Assembly (NCBI RefSeq): GCF_006345805.1
Contig: NC_043005.1
Coordinates: forward strand, 65,782,001 to 65,846,000
DNA length: 64,000 nt
DNA from: Octopus sinensis
Taxonomy: Eukaryota
Reading direction: 5' to 3'
In this document: piece by piece, positions 36,267 to 48,793 of the stretch
Position numbering within the stretch: position 1 is the stretch's first letter
Layout: the number at the start of each line of letters is the position of its first letter
The notes under the pieces: model-generated
Seen by the model: the letters and a program-made list of their open reading frames with translations, nothing else
Database searches by the model: none
Told to the model about the DNA's origin: nothing
Translations under genes and position numbers: made by a program

Positions 36267-36699
36267 ATGGGTAATCATTCATATTATTCTTTACGGCAAA
36301 ACCAATTTGTAACGTGTTTATAGAAGTGTGACGATATAATTATAATTTTATTTGTAGGCCTTTCGAAGTTATTCAACAACTTCATCACTGAAGTTATAGC
36401 AATGGAAAAAGTTAAATTTTTAAATAAACAAAAAAAAAAATAACAATAAAATATTAACGGGTTATTAAACATATTTAGCGACTTCTAAGCCTTAACATAT
36501 TCGTTCCGCTTACTCAGGATACCCAAATCAAGTTTTGCATTTCTCCGAATTGCTTTTCTTTCACTGATCGCCGAGATAGTTTTTGTTTATTAATTTGCAT
36601 GACTAATCCCATAGTCGTAGTTCTTCAAATCGCTATATTTATTAAAGTGCAGATTACACGCAAGACCCTCTATAAAAGTATAAAATACAGATTTCTACC

Positions 36700-37000
36700 T
36701 TATATGCATACATTTTTGTGTGCACAAATGTGTTTACGTGCGCGTGTGAAAACATTTTAAACATAATTTACTCATCACGCACGCGCCACGACCGAGGTTA
36801 CTGTGTCAATCATAGATTGTGAAAAAAATAAATAAACATGCACACCATAAAAATAAAGCAATAACATGGAAATAATTTGACCAATGGGAAGCGGAGACAG
36901 TTACCCGAGGAGGCGTGGTTGAAAGGTATTGTCATATGCCACTTCTACTGCTACAACTACTACTCTTGCTACTCTTTAACTTCTTCTCTTATATCAACAC
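36700..37000 (+). promoter_or_regulatory. HECA: Putative HECA promoter region
   Basis: CpG-rich patch (cacgcacgcgccacgaccgagg), CCAAT at 36881 and GC/GT-box-like AGGCGTGG at 36911, about 0.9 kb upstream of the ATG. Confidence 0.45.
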
Positions 37001-37795
37001 TAAACGTTGCAGCTTAAACCAAGTTACCAAGATGGGGAAATAATACGGGTGAACAAGGCAATTCATTGCGAGCACACTTACCAGCTTTTCTTTTATTTTG
37101 TATCTTCTTACAATCAATCCTGACTAAAGGGAAAACTACTCTGATGTACGGAGAATTATATTTTGGTTTCCATTTCGTTACAAAGTAATTTGCAAAAAAA
37201 AAAAGAAAAAAAAAGGGAAAAAGACAAAAAGTAACGTATATTGAAATTTATTTGGAAACGATCTCGCCACTACTAACTACCCAGCATCATTATTGCATTG
37301 TCACCTCACCTCACTACCTACTGTTATGACTATTTTTACCAGATTCCTCTCACTGGAACCGTGTTTCGGTGTACTTTAAAAACAAGTTTAACGTGTAAAC
37401 ACATACACACATGTACATCTGCACACACATGACGCTTGCATTTCCTTCGCAAATACATTGTAATTTGAATTTTACTATCAATTTACATCGACCCGTGCTT
37501 TAAATATTTTGTAAACAACGACACTGTTTTGATTCGACCGCAACATCTCTTTCCTTCCTCCGACTATCTCCTTTTATTTTAGTTACTTTTTTTTTTCTTT
37601 AGCTTTTGTAAAAGAACTCTGGAGACATAAAGTTGTGTATGTATGGGTGTGGATTGTATTGAGGTTTGAGCATCATTAATGGTGGTGGTAATTGGTTGCA
37701 ATGGTGGTGGCAGTCCTTTGTTAAAACAGCAATCAGAAACAAAAATAATTAAGACTTAACACACAAATATTTTTCGCTATCCCTTCCATCGCGTT

Positions 37796-39307
37796 ATGCC
37801 AGCCCACAAACACAACCGCCATAACCGCACACGTGAGGACGAACACAATAACAATGTTGACGAACAACAACAACAACAACAACAGTATCAAGATATCGGA
37901 TTGGGTGGAGGAGGTCAACAGCACAACAACAATTACAACAACCAACAACAAGGCCAGGGCGCCAACGACAATCAAAACACCAGCAACCAATGTTGTGTGC
38001 CTAACGGATGCAGCGACATTAAGGATTTAATAGACCCTTCTGACCCGTGCGATGCAGTTAGAGTTGTGTGCAATAACGAAAACTGCACCGTTGGTCAGTG
38101 GATGCACAAATTCTGTTTTGAAACATGGGAGCAAGGAGTGTTGGCCTACCTTCGATCATGCGGTCGAGCCCGCAGCTGGAGCGAGAAGCAGAGGCTGCAA
38201 AACCTCTGGACCAAAAAAGGCTATGATTTGGCTTTCAAAGCCTGTGACTGTAGATGCAGCCGTGGTCACCTGCGCAAAGACCTCAACTACATCCCGCCAC
38301 CGCAGAATGACAACGCCAAGAAGAATCGCAAACATAAAAAGAAAAATGACAAACCTATTGCTGTAATGACCAGTAAAAGCGGGATGAATCCGAACCATAA
38401 CACTAACACACACGGTGGCCGACTTAGAACCAACAGTATTAGTACTGGCTCCAGTCCGCCAAACAACTATTTATCGAGTTCGCCAACCACTCCAGCTGGA
38501 TCACCATCTCAGACTAACAATGTAAATAATCAGTTAAAGAAAAACAAGCCCGAAAACGGAGATTCTGTAGTTGCTGGAAACACTATATGTGGCAGTGGTG
38601 GAAATGGCACTGGCAATGAGGTTAGTGGAAGCATATTTAAACGAAGAAATGACTTGTCTGCTTTTAAAAATTTGCGTCGTTATAAACAAAACCCGTACTA
38701 TATAAAGATGGAGGACGAATGCTCGCATGGAAACGATGATACAAGGATCTTCGTGCTGTCTACTCTTAGCATCCACAAAATGGGATCCTTACCATGCGTA
38801 CTCTGCAGATGTGAACTTCCCGTCTTCGATCGTTATCCACTCATAGATGGAACTCTGTTTCTCTCTCCAGAACCCTACCAAAAAAACACGGTGAAAGAGA
38901 CAGCCCATGTAAATAGCATCGGTGGAGATTCTACTGACACCAACTTTCAACATCACCAAATTCAAGTTGTTTTTGATGGGAAACCTCAATATCTTAACGC
39001 CGTCTGTATTCATTGTTTGGAAGGCAAGACAGACATACGATGCTCAGCCTGCAAGAAAAGGTGGGATGGGAGTACGCTTTTATTAGGTACCATGTACTCT
39101 TACGACATATTTGCTGCTATGCCGTGTTGTCCGAAACGTTTAACATGCAGGCACTGCTGTAGAGCTGTCGTCGATGTTACTACGGGTTTACCTTACTACA
39201 GTGAGTACAGCCATATAATAGAATGTCCATACTGTAAAATCAAAGACTATCACTTTATAAGGCCATTACATGAAATATTTTTGGTTAAAACACCTATATG
39301 GAACTAA
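37796..39307 (+). CDS. HECA: Headcase protein homolog, 503 aa, uninterrupted ORF
   Basis: N-terminal Headcase domain (VVCNNENC..MHKFCFETWE..GRARSWSEKQRLQNLWTKKGYDLAFKACDCRC..GHLRKDL) and C-terminal Cys-rich domain (EDE..GNDDTR, PCVLC, YPLIDGTLFLSP, GTMYSYDIFAAMPCC, CPYC..DYHF). Confidence 0.96.
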   Translation: MPAHKHNRHNRTREDEHNNNVDEQQQQQQQYQDIGLGGGGQQHNNNYNNQQQGQGANDNQNTSNQCCVPNGCSDIKDLIDPSDPCDAVRVVCNNENCTVGQWMHKFCFETWEQGVLAYLRSCGRARSWSEKQRLQNLWTKKGYDLAFKACDCRCSRGHLRKDLNYIPPPQNDNAKKNRKHKKKNDKPIAVMTSKSGMNPNHNTNTHGGRLRTNSISTGSSPPNNYLSSSPTTPAGSPSQTNNVNNQLKKNKPENGDSVVAGNTICGSGGNGTGNEVSGSIFKRRNDLSAFKNLRRYKQNPYYIKMEDECSHGNDDTRIFVLSTLSIHKMGSLPCVLCRCELPVFDRYPLIDGTLFLSPEPYQKNTVKETAHVNSIGGDSTDTNFQHHQIQVVFDGKPQYLNAVCIHCLEGKTDIRCSACKKRWDGSTLLLGTMYSYDIFAAMPCCPKRLTCRHCCRAVVDVTTGLPYYSEYSHIIECPYCKIKDYHFIRPLHEIFLVKTPIWN

Positions 39308-42300
39308 AAAAAACATAAAATTTTGTCGAAACTTTCCGTATTAAAAAAAAAAATACGCAACAAACATTTTTCCATCCCATAATTATTACGGACACATTTT
39401 TAACGTAATTAAGAATATCATTCTAAATGTTTCTTATATTTTTTTTAAAGCTATAACCTTTTTTTGACATGCACTGAAAAATATATATCATTGTGCATGA
39501 GAAGAATATATAATTGTGTACAGTATTAGTTTGTATCTCAGTTCTTCCAGCTTTCCACCATGTTGCCATGCTAAAATGTCGTGATGAAGAAATAAAGACA
39601 AAACAATGTAGGGCGGACGTGTCCAATAAGGCACCCCGCCCTTTTTTGTTTTGTTTTTAATCAAAAATTTATACAGATTCGAATGTTTCCCAACAACGGA
39701 GATTGTGATTTTGCTCAAAAAACAACTGTTTTCAAATTTTCAATTTCCCTCCCGCAAATGTTTTTGTTTTGAATGATTTTTTTCCCCCCTTCCATTCTAC
39801 GCTTTTAAAACTGCGAGTCAATCTTTTGGGGACGTGTTAAGTGCGGGATTGAAAATAAAAGGAAATGTGATTGGGTATATGCAAAACTATATCTGGCTTG
39901 GTGGCTATCTTGATGAAACGAAACGAATACTGCTTAAAAAGTATGTTATGAAATGTCATTGTTAGTTACTTGTTTTCATTACTTAGTATCAGCATTTATT
40001 TACTTTATGAAGGTAGCGTCATAGAAAATAAAACATTTCCTATAAAAAATAAAATGCATGTAAAACCTACTGAAAATTGACCAAATTTCGAAAAATATAA
40101 AAATTCTTTATTTGAAAGTTTACAAATGAGAAATGTTTTATTTTGTATGAAACTCCTTTCATAATAAGTTAACTAAATGATTTTGTTGAGAAATGAAAAC
40201 AGAAATGTACAATAATGTTTAATAACCTACTTTGAAGCATTCGCGATTACGTCTCTCTTAATCGAGAGGATAGATAAATTCATTTTTGCATATTTCCGAT
40301 TTCTATTTCATTGAAAGATCATCGACGGAGAATCACCCACGTCTGTCCGACACCAACCTTCCGGAAGTTTTTAAACTCGTCCATTGATTTGCGCGTGCGT
40401 GGAAGGTCTGCTTTACAAAGCAGACGACATAAGAAAGGCCAAGTTACTTGTTCAGTCTGTATGCTAGAAATGAAAGCTAAATCTCCCTCAATCCATGCAC
40501 TTCTAAAGTCTTGTAAAATCAAAGAAAGCATAGGACATAATCCACTTCACTAAACGCCCTGGTTCATTACTACATATCGCTGAATTATGAATTAATTAAT
40601 TGCCAACAATGCAAAATGCTTTTTCAGTGTTCATTGTATTTAATACAAATGTCACGTACGACATAATCCCGTTCTCTCAATTCAGTTCCCATCCCACATT
40701 TGTTTCATTGCCGGATTTAGTCGAGCACATTATAATTTTACTTTCATTTTATTATAGCGAACTTAATTACGCTCTCTGGATTACAAAACGAAATAGTTCC
40801 TACTTTGTCCCTCAAACAAAACTAGAGATTACACGATTTCGGATCCCATTTACCCTTTTAAAAAATTTTTTTACAAAATTTCAATTTTTAAAATCGTCCC
40901 CTCTCTGAATATCAAAATATTGACATGCACCTGAATAAATGAAGAATTCTCATTTATTCTTATTCCCCAACCATCACCAGAATATTAGGCAATAACGTGG
41001 AAGCAGTGTTCATCCATATAATTCTGCTTTCTTCGTCTTGGAGTTAGACAAGTTTTGGAAGTTTCAATTCATTCATACCGTTTCTGTCCTCACAGACTCA
41101 GCTGGGGATATATGGTTGTCCTTCTTATGAGAAACAATACATTAACACTTTTTAAACTGACAATTGTAACCCCTCCTCAGTTTTCATTTGTCCTTGCATA
41201 GAAGTACTCAACAGGTTATGCAAATTTAGTTCACAGGAAATTTTTTTAAAAGACTTTATAGAAAGTTAAAGATGAATAATTATGAAGTGGGGACTGAAAA
41301 TTTTTGAAAAGTTATTTTTCATGCAAAATCATATCTCCATTGTTGAAACATAGGAATCTGGAAAAATTTTTGAAAAAAAAATAAAAGCGGGTGGGATGCA
41401 TATTCAATTTTGGTTCTGGTTGTATATGCATATCACAGAGTTGTAAAATGTAAGAACCATTTACAAACATCTTTGATAATCTTATGCTACAAGGATATTA
41501 CAAGCGCAGGACTGAAAATGAAGGTGGGTATTTACTAAATCTAAAGTGAGATAAATAGGTAAATGCTAGGAAGTGAATAATTAAATGTCCTATAGCTTCA
41601 TTTAGTTAACTTTTGTAAAAAGAAAAAATTGCCATTTCTTTAAAAAAAAAATACATGTCAGACTAACTGCAAATTGATAAGTCATTATGGAAAGTAAACA
41701 AAAAGTTTCTGGAGAGAGAAATTTATAAAGTCTGCACGTGAAAAAATATTCAAACGAGGTCGTTGCCAGTGCCACTGGACTGGCTCCTGTGCAGGGGGCA
41801 CATAAAAAGCATCATTTGAGCGTGGCTGCTACCAGTGCTGCCTAACTGGCCCTCGTGCCAGTGACATATAAAAGCACCCACTACACTCTCAGAGTGGTTG
41901 GCGTTAGGAAGGGCATCCAGCCGTAGAAACTCTGCCAGATCAGATTGGAGTCTGGTGCAGCCATCTGGTTTGCCAGACCAGTCAAATCGTCCAACCCATG
42001 CTATCATGGAAAGCGGACGTTAAACGATGATGATGATGCATTGTAGAACAAGATATTCCTTATAGTATAAAATTTTTGGTAACATTACATTTGATGATGT
42101 AAGACTATAGATGTACATAATTTGTACTCGGGTTGGCTTCCTGCACAAACTCCCTGAATTACACTAAAAATAAATGCAGGGATGTTATAACCACTTAAAT
42201 GATAATTAGCTATAGGCCATGTTTCAATCAAGCTAGTACAGGTATAATAGAATAATAATGTTGACAGGCAAACAACTGGTGTCTGGTTAGATTATGACAT

Positions 42301-44141
42301 ACCTTTAGAACTTAAAGGTAGAATGTTATAAGAGATTAAATCAGAAGATATCAATGAGATCAGTTGAAGACTTAATAATGATTGTGATACATGGTTACTC
42401 CAGCAATAGTTATAAGGTAAGTCTATGTTGTTCATATTAGTAGTGGGTTGAGGCAGGTCATCAAAGATAAAGCCCGAACCTGGATAAGAAAATGTGCAGG
42501 CAATCCCTAACAGCTTGTTTGAGAATAGATGTGCAGGTGGTGCAATTCTCTGTAACCAGCATTTTAGTGGTAATCTATTCCTTCTTTGGAGGAAACATTC
42601 TCTTCTACTTTCGTAATTTAACCAGATACTTAATTATATTATATCACCCATGAAAGGCAGATGTTAAATGGTGATGATATATATATGTATGTATATAAAT
42701 CATCGTTTAACGTCCGTTTTCCGTGCTAGCACAGGTTGGCCGATTCAATCGGAGTCTAGGAAGCCAGGAGGCTGCACTAGGCTCCAGTCTGAGGGTGTTT
42801 GAGCTAAATTTCCCTTTGCATAAAAGCGAGGTCGTTGCCAGTACTGCCTGACTGGCCGCCGTGCTGGTGGCACGTAAAAGCACCCACTACACTCTCAGTG
42901 GTTGGCTTTAGGAAGGGCATCCAGCTGTAGAAACTCTGCCAGATCAAGATTGGAGCCTGGTGCAGCCATCTGGTTCACCAGCCCTCAGTCAAATTGTCCA
43001 ACCCATGCTAGCATGGAAAGCGGACATTAAACGATGATGATGATGAAATGAAAAAGATTATCCCATCCAAAAGTAAAAGTATTTTAAAATATCAACTAGA
43101 TTAGGACGAGGAGATAGTTTACTCAAAAGTAGCTGCATGTGGACACAGCCAGAACACCTGTTGTGTCCCTTCTTGCTGACCATAGCTACATATCCATTGC
43201 AGCTGTCAGTGCTGTATCTTACATCCTTTACAGAACAGTGTAAATCACTATGATACAGTAACTGTTTTTCAATATTCAGATGGCTTATAGTCCTCTGTCA
43301 AATTTTTCTCAACCACAACTGTGTCATGTGAATGGCAACCCTGAAATTGTAATTGTGGCCATTGGCAGTAGTATGATCTTTGAATGTTAGGCCTCATGGA
43401 GACGATGACAAGTGATTGAGACTTTGGTGATATGCTGTGCTTGAGAAGATTCATCAAGCCAAGTGAAACTGTAGTTGCTGCCTGTGTCATGTAAATGGTA
43501 CCAATGTCGGTGGCACATAAAAAGTGCCTGTTAACTCTTGGAGTGATTGTTGTTAGGAAGGGCATCCAGCTGTAAAAACCATACCCAATCGGTTTAGAAC
43601 CTGGTGCAAGCCTCCGGCTTACCAGTTCCAGTCAAATCATCTAACCCATACCAGCGAGGAAAGCAGATGTTAAATGATGATGGCAACTGTAATCTTTATG
43701 CTCTCCAATATTGTTAACTGTTTACCAATACATCAAATTGTTCTTGAAAAAGGAGATATAAAAATTCTTCAAGTTTAGTCTGAACACCCTGTATATTATA
43801 TATATATATCATCATCATCATCGTTTAACGTCCGTTTTCCATGCTAGCATGGGTTGGACGGTTCGACCTGGGCCTAGGAAGCCAGGAGGCTGCACCAGGC
43901 TCCAGTCTGATCTGGCAGTGTTTCTACAGCTGGATGCCCTTCCTAATGCCAATCACTCCATGAGTGTAGTGAGTGCTTTTTACGTGCCACCAGCACAAGT
44001 GCCAAGGGAAACTGGCAGCGGTCAAAATTGGTTGGTGCTTTTTACATGCCACTGGCATGGAAGCCAGTCAAGGCGGCGCTGGCATCGGCCATGTTCGGAT
44101 GGTACTTTTTATGTGCCACCAGCACAGGATATATATATATA

Positions 44142-45444
44142 TGAGGGTGAGTCAAAAATTAAATGCACTCTTGTTTTTTCAAATGTATTTACACAAAAGC
44201 AGGGGATAAACAAGTACATCATTTTTCTGTATAGTCTCCTTCCTTTTCGATGCACTTGGTCCAGCAGTCCACAAATTTGTGTATTCCCTTCAAGAAGAAA
44301 GTTTTCAGCTGGTCGAGCAACCACTTATGCACTACTTCTTTCACATCTTTATCCATAGGAAATCAACAACCACATAAACCATCTTTAAGCAGTCCAAAGA
44401 CATGATAGTTGGAAGGGGCAAGATCTGGGCTGTATGCAGTGTGTTCTAGTACCTCAAAACCCAATTGGTTAATGGTTTCAATGGACTGGGCAATCATGTG
44501 TGGATGTGCATTGTCATGTAACAGCAAAATTTTCTTTGATAATATGCTTCGGTGTTTGGTGCGAATTGCTGCCTTCAATTTATTAGCCAGCAAAGCACCA
44601 TACCTTGCACTGTTGATCGTACACCCCATTTCCAAGTAGTCTTCCCTTTTGAGTCCCAAAAATGGGTTAGCATCACCTTTTTCGCAGAGGACTGAGTCTT
44701 GAATTTCTTCATCGCTGGCAAGCCAAGATGTTTCCACTCCATACTCTGTCTTTTGGATTCCACCTCATAATGATGGACCCACATTTCATCTCCTGTGGCT
44801 ATTCTGCTCAAAAATTTCATGCCTTCATTGTTGTAGCAATCAAGTAAACATTGGGAGACTTCAAGACATTTGTGCTTGTTCTCTGCAGTAAGCTTCCTTG
44901 GCACCCATCTTTCACAAACTTCATGGAAGCCAAGCTCATCATGGATGATTTGATTGGCAGAACCATAACTAATCTGCAGAGAATGAGCTACCTCACCAAT
45001 AATAACTCGCCGGTTCACCATTACCATCTCTCAAGCTTGCTGAATCTTCTCATCAGCAGAGGAGGTTGACGGGCATCCTGCTCCCTTTCCATGCGTCATG
45101 CTTGTCCAGCCACTTTTAAACTTCTCGATCCACTCATTCATACTTCTATGCAGTAGTGCACTGTCCTTATATCATACTAAAATCCTCCAATGGATTTCAG
45201 CACTTGACACACCTCCCGACCAGAGAAATCAGATCACTGCACTTTGTTCTTCTTTGGTGCACAGTGTTAGTGGAGTGGCCATGCTTACACTGTAAAACCA
45301 GAAAGAAAAATGGTCCAATCAGACTCAAACTTCGATCACATGAACACAATAGTACCAACTATAAGCATGCATGCATAGGAGAGAGAGTGACAATAATGAA
45401 GATATGTTATGGTGAAAGTGCAGATGATTTTTGACTTCCCCTCG
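44142..45444 (-). mobile_element. Full-length (1303 bp) mariner transposon, inactive; TIR resembles the irritans/Hsmar2 type
   Basis: 28-bp TIRs (YGAGGGKRAGTCAAAAAT..TGCACT, 22/28 identical) flanked by TA; WVPRKLT, TGDEMW, HDNAHPH and YSPDLAPSNY in ORFs 44575..45027 and 44363..44737 (frameshifted). Confidence 0.93.
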
Positions 45445-46955
45445 TATATGTTATAAAAATAATGTATATATTTTATATCATCATCATCATCATCGTTTAA
45501 CGTCCGTTTTCCATGCTAGCATGGGTTGGATGGTTCGACCGGGGTCTGGGAAGCCAGAAGGCTGCACCAGGCTCCAGTCTGATCTGGCAGTGTTTCTACA
45601 GCTGGATGCCCTTCCTAACACCAACCACTCCGTGAGTGTAGTGGGTGCTTTTTACGTGCCGAATATATATGTTTGTGTTACATATATACATATAATTAGT
45701 ATTAATATCAGAGGTAATATTTATCCCCACTTAAAAGTGGATGTTGTTTTAGAACACAGAATACTGCATTATTTATCATGAGAGAATCATTCATATTGGA
45801 CTTGTGGTGCAAATAAGCACTTGTGTTATATTGCTAGCAAGACATAATCGTATGTTACTACTCCAGATCTACCTGGTCACATGATTTTGGCCTCCATTGG
45901 TCTTGTCAATGGTAGACATCCATGGCAAGAGATTGCAGTGATTGATTCCGCTGTCTGTAATATACATAGTGTCTAACCAGGCACCAGTACCTGATTAGAC
46001 ACTGAGATTCTATATATATTTTAGCTGTGGATAAAGTATATAGATGTGTTTGTGTATGTGTGTCTATATATATATATGAACAGAGTTAGTAAAAGTTTTT
46101 ATTTTCATTTCACTAAATTTATCAAGCTTCTGTGTTTCTAGTACATACTTCGCCTTTAATGTACTTATATATGAATAATATATGGCCTGTGCTAGAAACA
46201 CCAGCGATAATAATTAATTTTATTTTATCGCATTTTGAATTTGTATATATATATATATATACCTATGTATGTATATATATATATAGGTATGTATGTGTAT
46301 GTATATATATGTTTGTATATATATGTGTATGTATATATATGTATATAAGAAAATAGTGATGATTAAATCTAATTATTTATTCATTGCAAAATTGACGCAT
46401 GTATGTATAATATATATATGTATCATCATCATTGTTTAACATCCATCTTCCATGCATGCCTGGGTAGGACAGTTCACAGGAGCTGGCCAGGTAGAACAAC
46501 TACCCTATACTATTCTGTCTGTTTTGGCAGGGTTTTTATGGCTGGATACCATTCCTAACACTAGCCACTCTACAGAGTGGACTCAGTACTTTTTACGTGA
46601 CACTAGCACAGGCGAGGTTAGTTTGGGCATGATTTTTACAGCTTCATACCCTTCCAAATGACAACCACTTTACAGTGTGGACTTGGTGCTTTTCGCATGG
46701 CACCAGCACAGGCAGGGGAATTTGTGTCAGAGGATGAAAGGTTAGAGGGTGACAGAAAGACAGAGCAGCAGAAACAGGTGTCTTGCTATAACAGAGGAGG
46801 CACTGGAGGAGGTGATCCAGTATCAGAAGAAAGGTTAGAGTGTAACAAAGAATTAGGTGTCTTGCTATAGAGGAAGTACGTGGTTACCTAGCAAGGGAAA
46901 GAAAGAGTGAGTGAGCAAAAATGAGGGTAGAAATAAGTGTGCTATTGTATGTATG

Positions 46956-46961
<6 letters not shown>

Positions 46962-47000
<39 letters not shown>
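46962..47000. repeat. (TA)n microsatellite
   Basis: Read directly from the sequence. Confidence 0.97.
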
Positions 47001-47002
<2 letters not shown>

Positions 47003-48793
47003 TGTATATATATATCTAGTTTTGGTCATTGAACTGGGGCACCACCTTGAAAGGTTTCAGTCTAACAAGTAAACTCCAGTACTTATTTTTTAAGTCTTGT
47101 ACTTATTCTATTGGTCTCTTTTGCTAAACCACTAAGTTTCAAGGATGTAAACAAATCGACACCAGTTTTCAAATGACTGGGAAAGGGACAAAGAGATGCA
47201 CACACACACACACACGCACGCATGCGCACATACACATGACAGATCTCTATACAGTTTCTGCCTACCAAATTCACTCACGAGACATTGGTTGGTCCAGGAC
47301 TATAGTAAAACACACTTGTCCAAAGTGCTGCTCAGTAGGACTGAACTCAAAACCACATTGTTGCAAAGTATGCTTGTTCACCACATAGCTATGCATGAAC
47401 CTAACTGGATTTTGTTTTTCTGTTCTTTTGTGTTTTGTTATGGATCTATGTAAAGTAAAGAGCTTTGTCCCATGGGCTTCATAACCCCCTAAAACTGGTG
47501 AGTTCAACCCACAGTCCAGAAAATCAACAATTTAATGGAGGGTGGGCATGAATGGACAGTAATTTGTGGTCTAGAGATTGGTACATGAGATGACAGGATT
47601 CTGAAATGCCTGAATTAATGTAATATTTGCCAAATTTGCACAGTAGCGAGCTGGCAGAAATGTTAGCATGCCGGGCAAAATGCTTAGCAGTATTTCGTCT
47701 GCTGCTACGTTCTGAGTTCAAATTCTGCCCAGGTTGACTTTACCTTTCATCCTTTCGGGGTCGATTAAATAAGTACCAGTTATGCACTGGAGTCGATATA
47801 ATTGACTTAATCTGTTTGTCCTCTCTGTGTTTAGCCCCTTGTGGGTAGTAAAGAAATAGGTATTTTGTCTGTCTTTATGTTCTGAGTTCAAATTCCGCCA
47901 AGGCCGATTTTTGCCTTTCATCTCTTCAGGGTCGATAAATTAAGTACCAGTTACATACTGGGTCGATCTAATTGACTGGCCCCTCCCCCAATTTTTTTGA
48001 CTTTGTGCCTAAAGTAGAAAAGAAAAGATATTTGCCAACTCCCTGCAGCTGCTGTCACTGAAGTAAGAGTACAAAAGATAGAGAGAAATGATATAACACA
48101 TCTGAGGAATGAATGCTGTGGGGTGTGTGTATATGTAGGTGAGCAACTTCTAACATTAGTTCCCAAGAATTCATTCAATGCTTATCTAATGGAAGGTAAG
48201 TAGTGAATAAGTTCATATTTTACCTTTAACAACTCACACAACCAGATTGGTTGTCAGAGGCAAAACCTAAAGTACCAGTGAAACTAATGTTATCAAATTT
48301 ATTTTACCCTACTGTGTCGAGTCCTTCCATCTATAAATGCTGTGTTGGTTCCTAAATAATACATACATATATACATGTATTCATAATTACATACAGAAAT
48401 ACAAATATGTGAAGGTGCATGGCTCAGTGGTTAAATCATCTGGCTCACAGCCATGAGTAGTGAGTTCAATTCCCATACCGAGCAATGTGTTGTGTTCTTG
48501 AGCAAGACACTTTATTTCACATAATTCCAGTTCACTCAGCTAGAGAAATGAGTTGCGACATCACTGGTACCAAGGTGTATTGGCCTTTACCTACCCGCTG
48601 GACAGTATCAGAAGCATGGAGAAGGGAGGCTGGTATGTATGGGCGATGGTTGGTCTTCTATAAACAACCCTTCCAGACTTGTGCCTCGGAGGGTAACTTT
48701 CTAGGTACAATCCCATGGTCTTTCATGACTAAAGGGAGTCTTTTACGAATATGCATACACACACACAAATGTAGGCATGTATGTGTGTGTGTA

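Noticed and set aside
36601-36625. ZNF143/ACTACA-type bidirectional promoter motif
   Set aside because: Only a partial match (GAACTACGACTATGGGA) with a 5-bp hairpin; not distinguishable from chance.
37733-39013. Antisense and alternate-frame ORFs over HECA
   Set aside because: Shadows of the real CDS and its CAA repeats, with no recognisable motifs.
39305-39382. Drosophila-style readthrough of the HECA terminal UAA
   Set aside because: The next in-frame UAA comes after only 24 low-complexity codons, and both conserved domains are already upstream.
42395-42425. Strong plus-strand donor (AG-GTAAGT) as an exon of a hidden gene
   Set aside because: No convincing open exon or partner exons were found; expected by chance in 64 kb.
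43849-44358. 169-aa ORF, and similar ORFs at 9209..9700, 14854..15396, 45431..45781 and 58546..58941
   Set aside because: They translate SINE or LINE-tail repeats and microsatellites; the same peptides recur wherever the repeat occurs.
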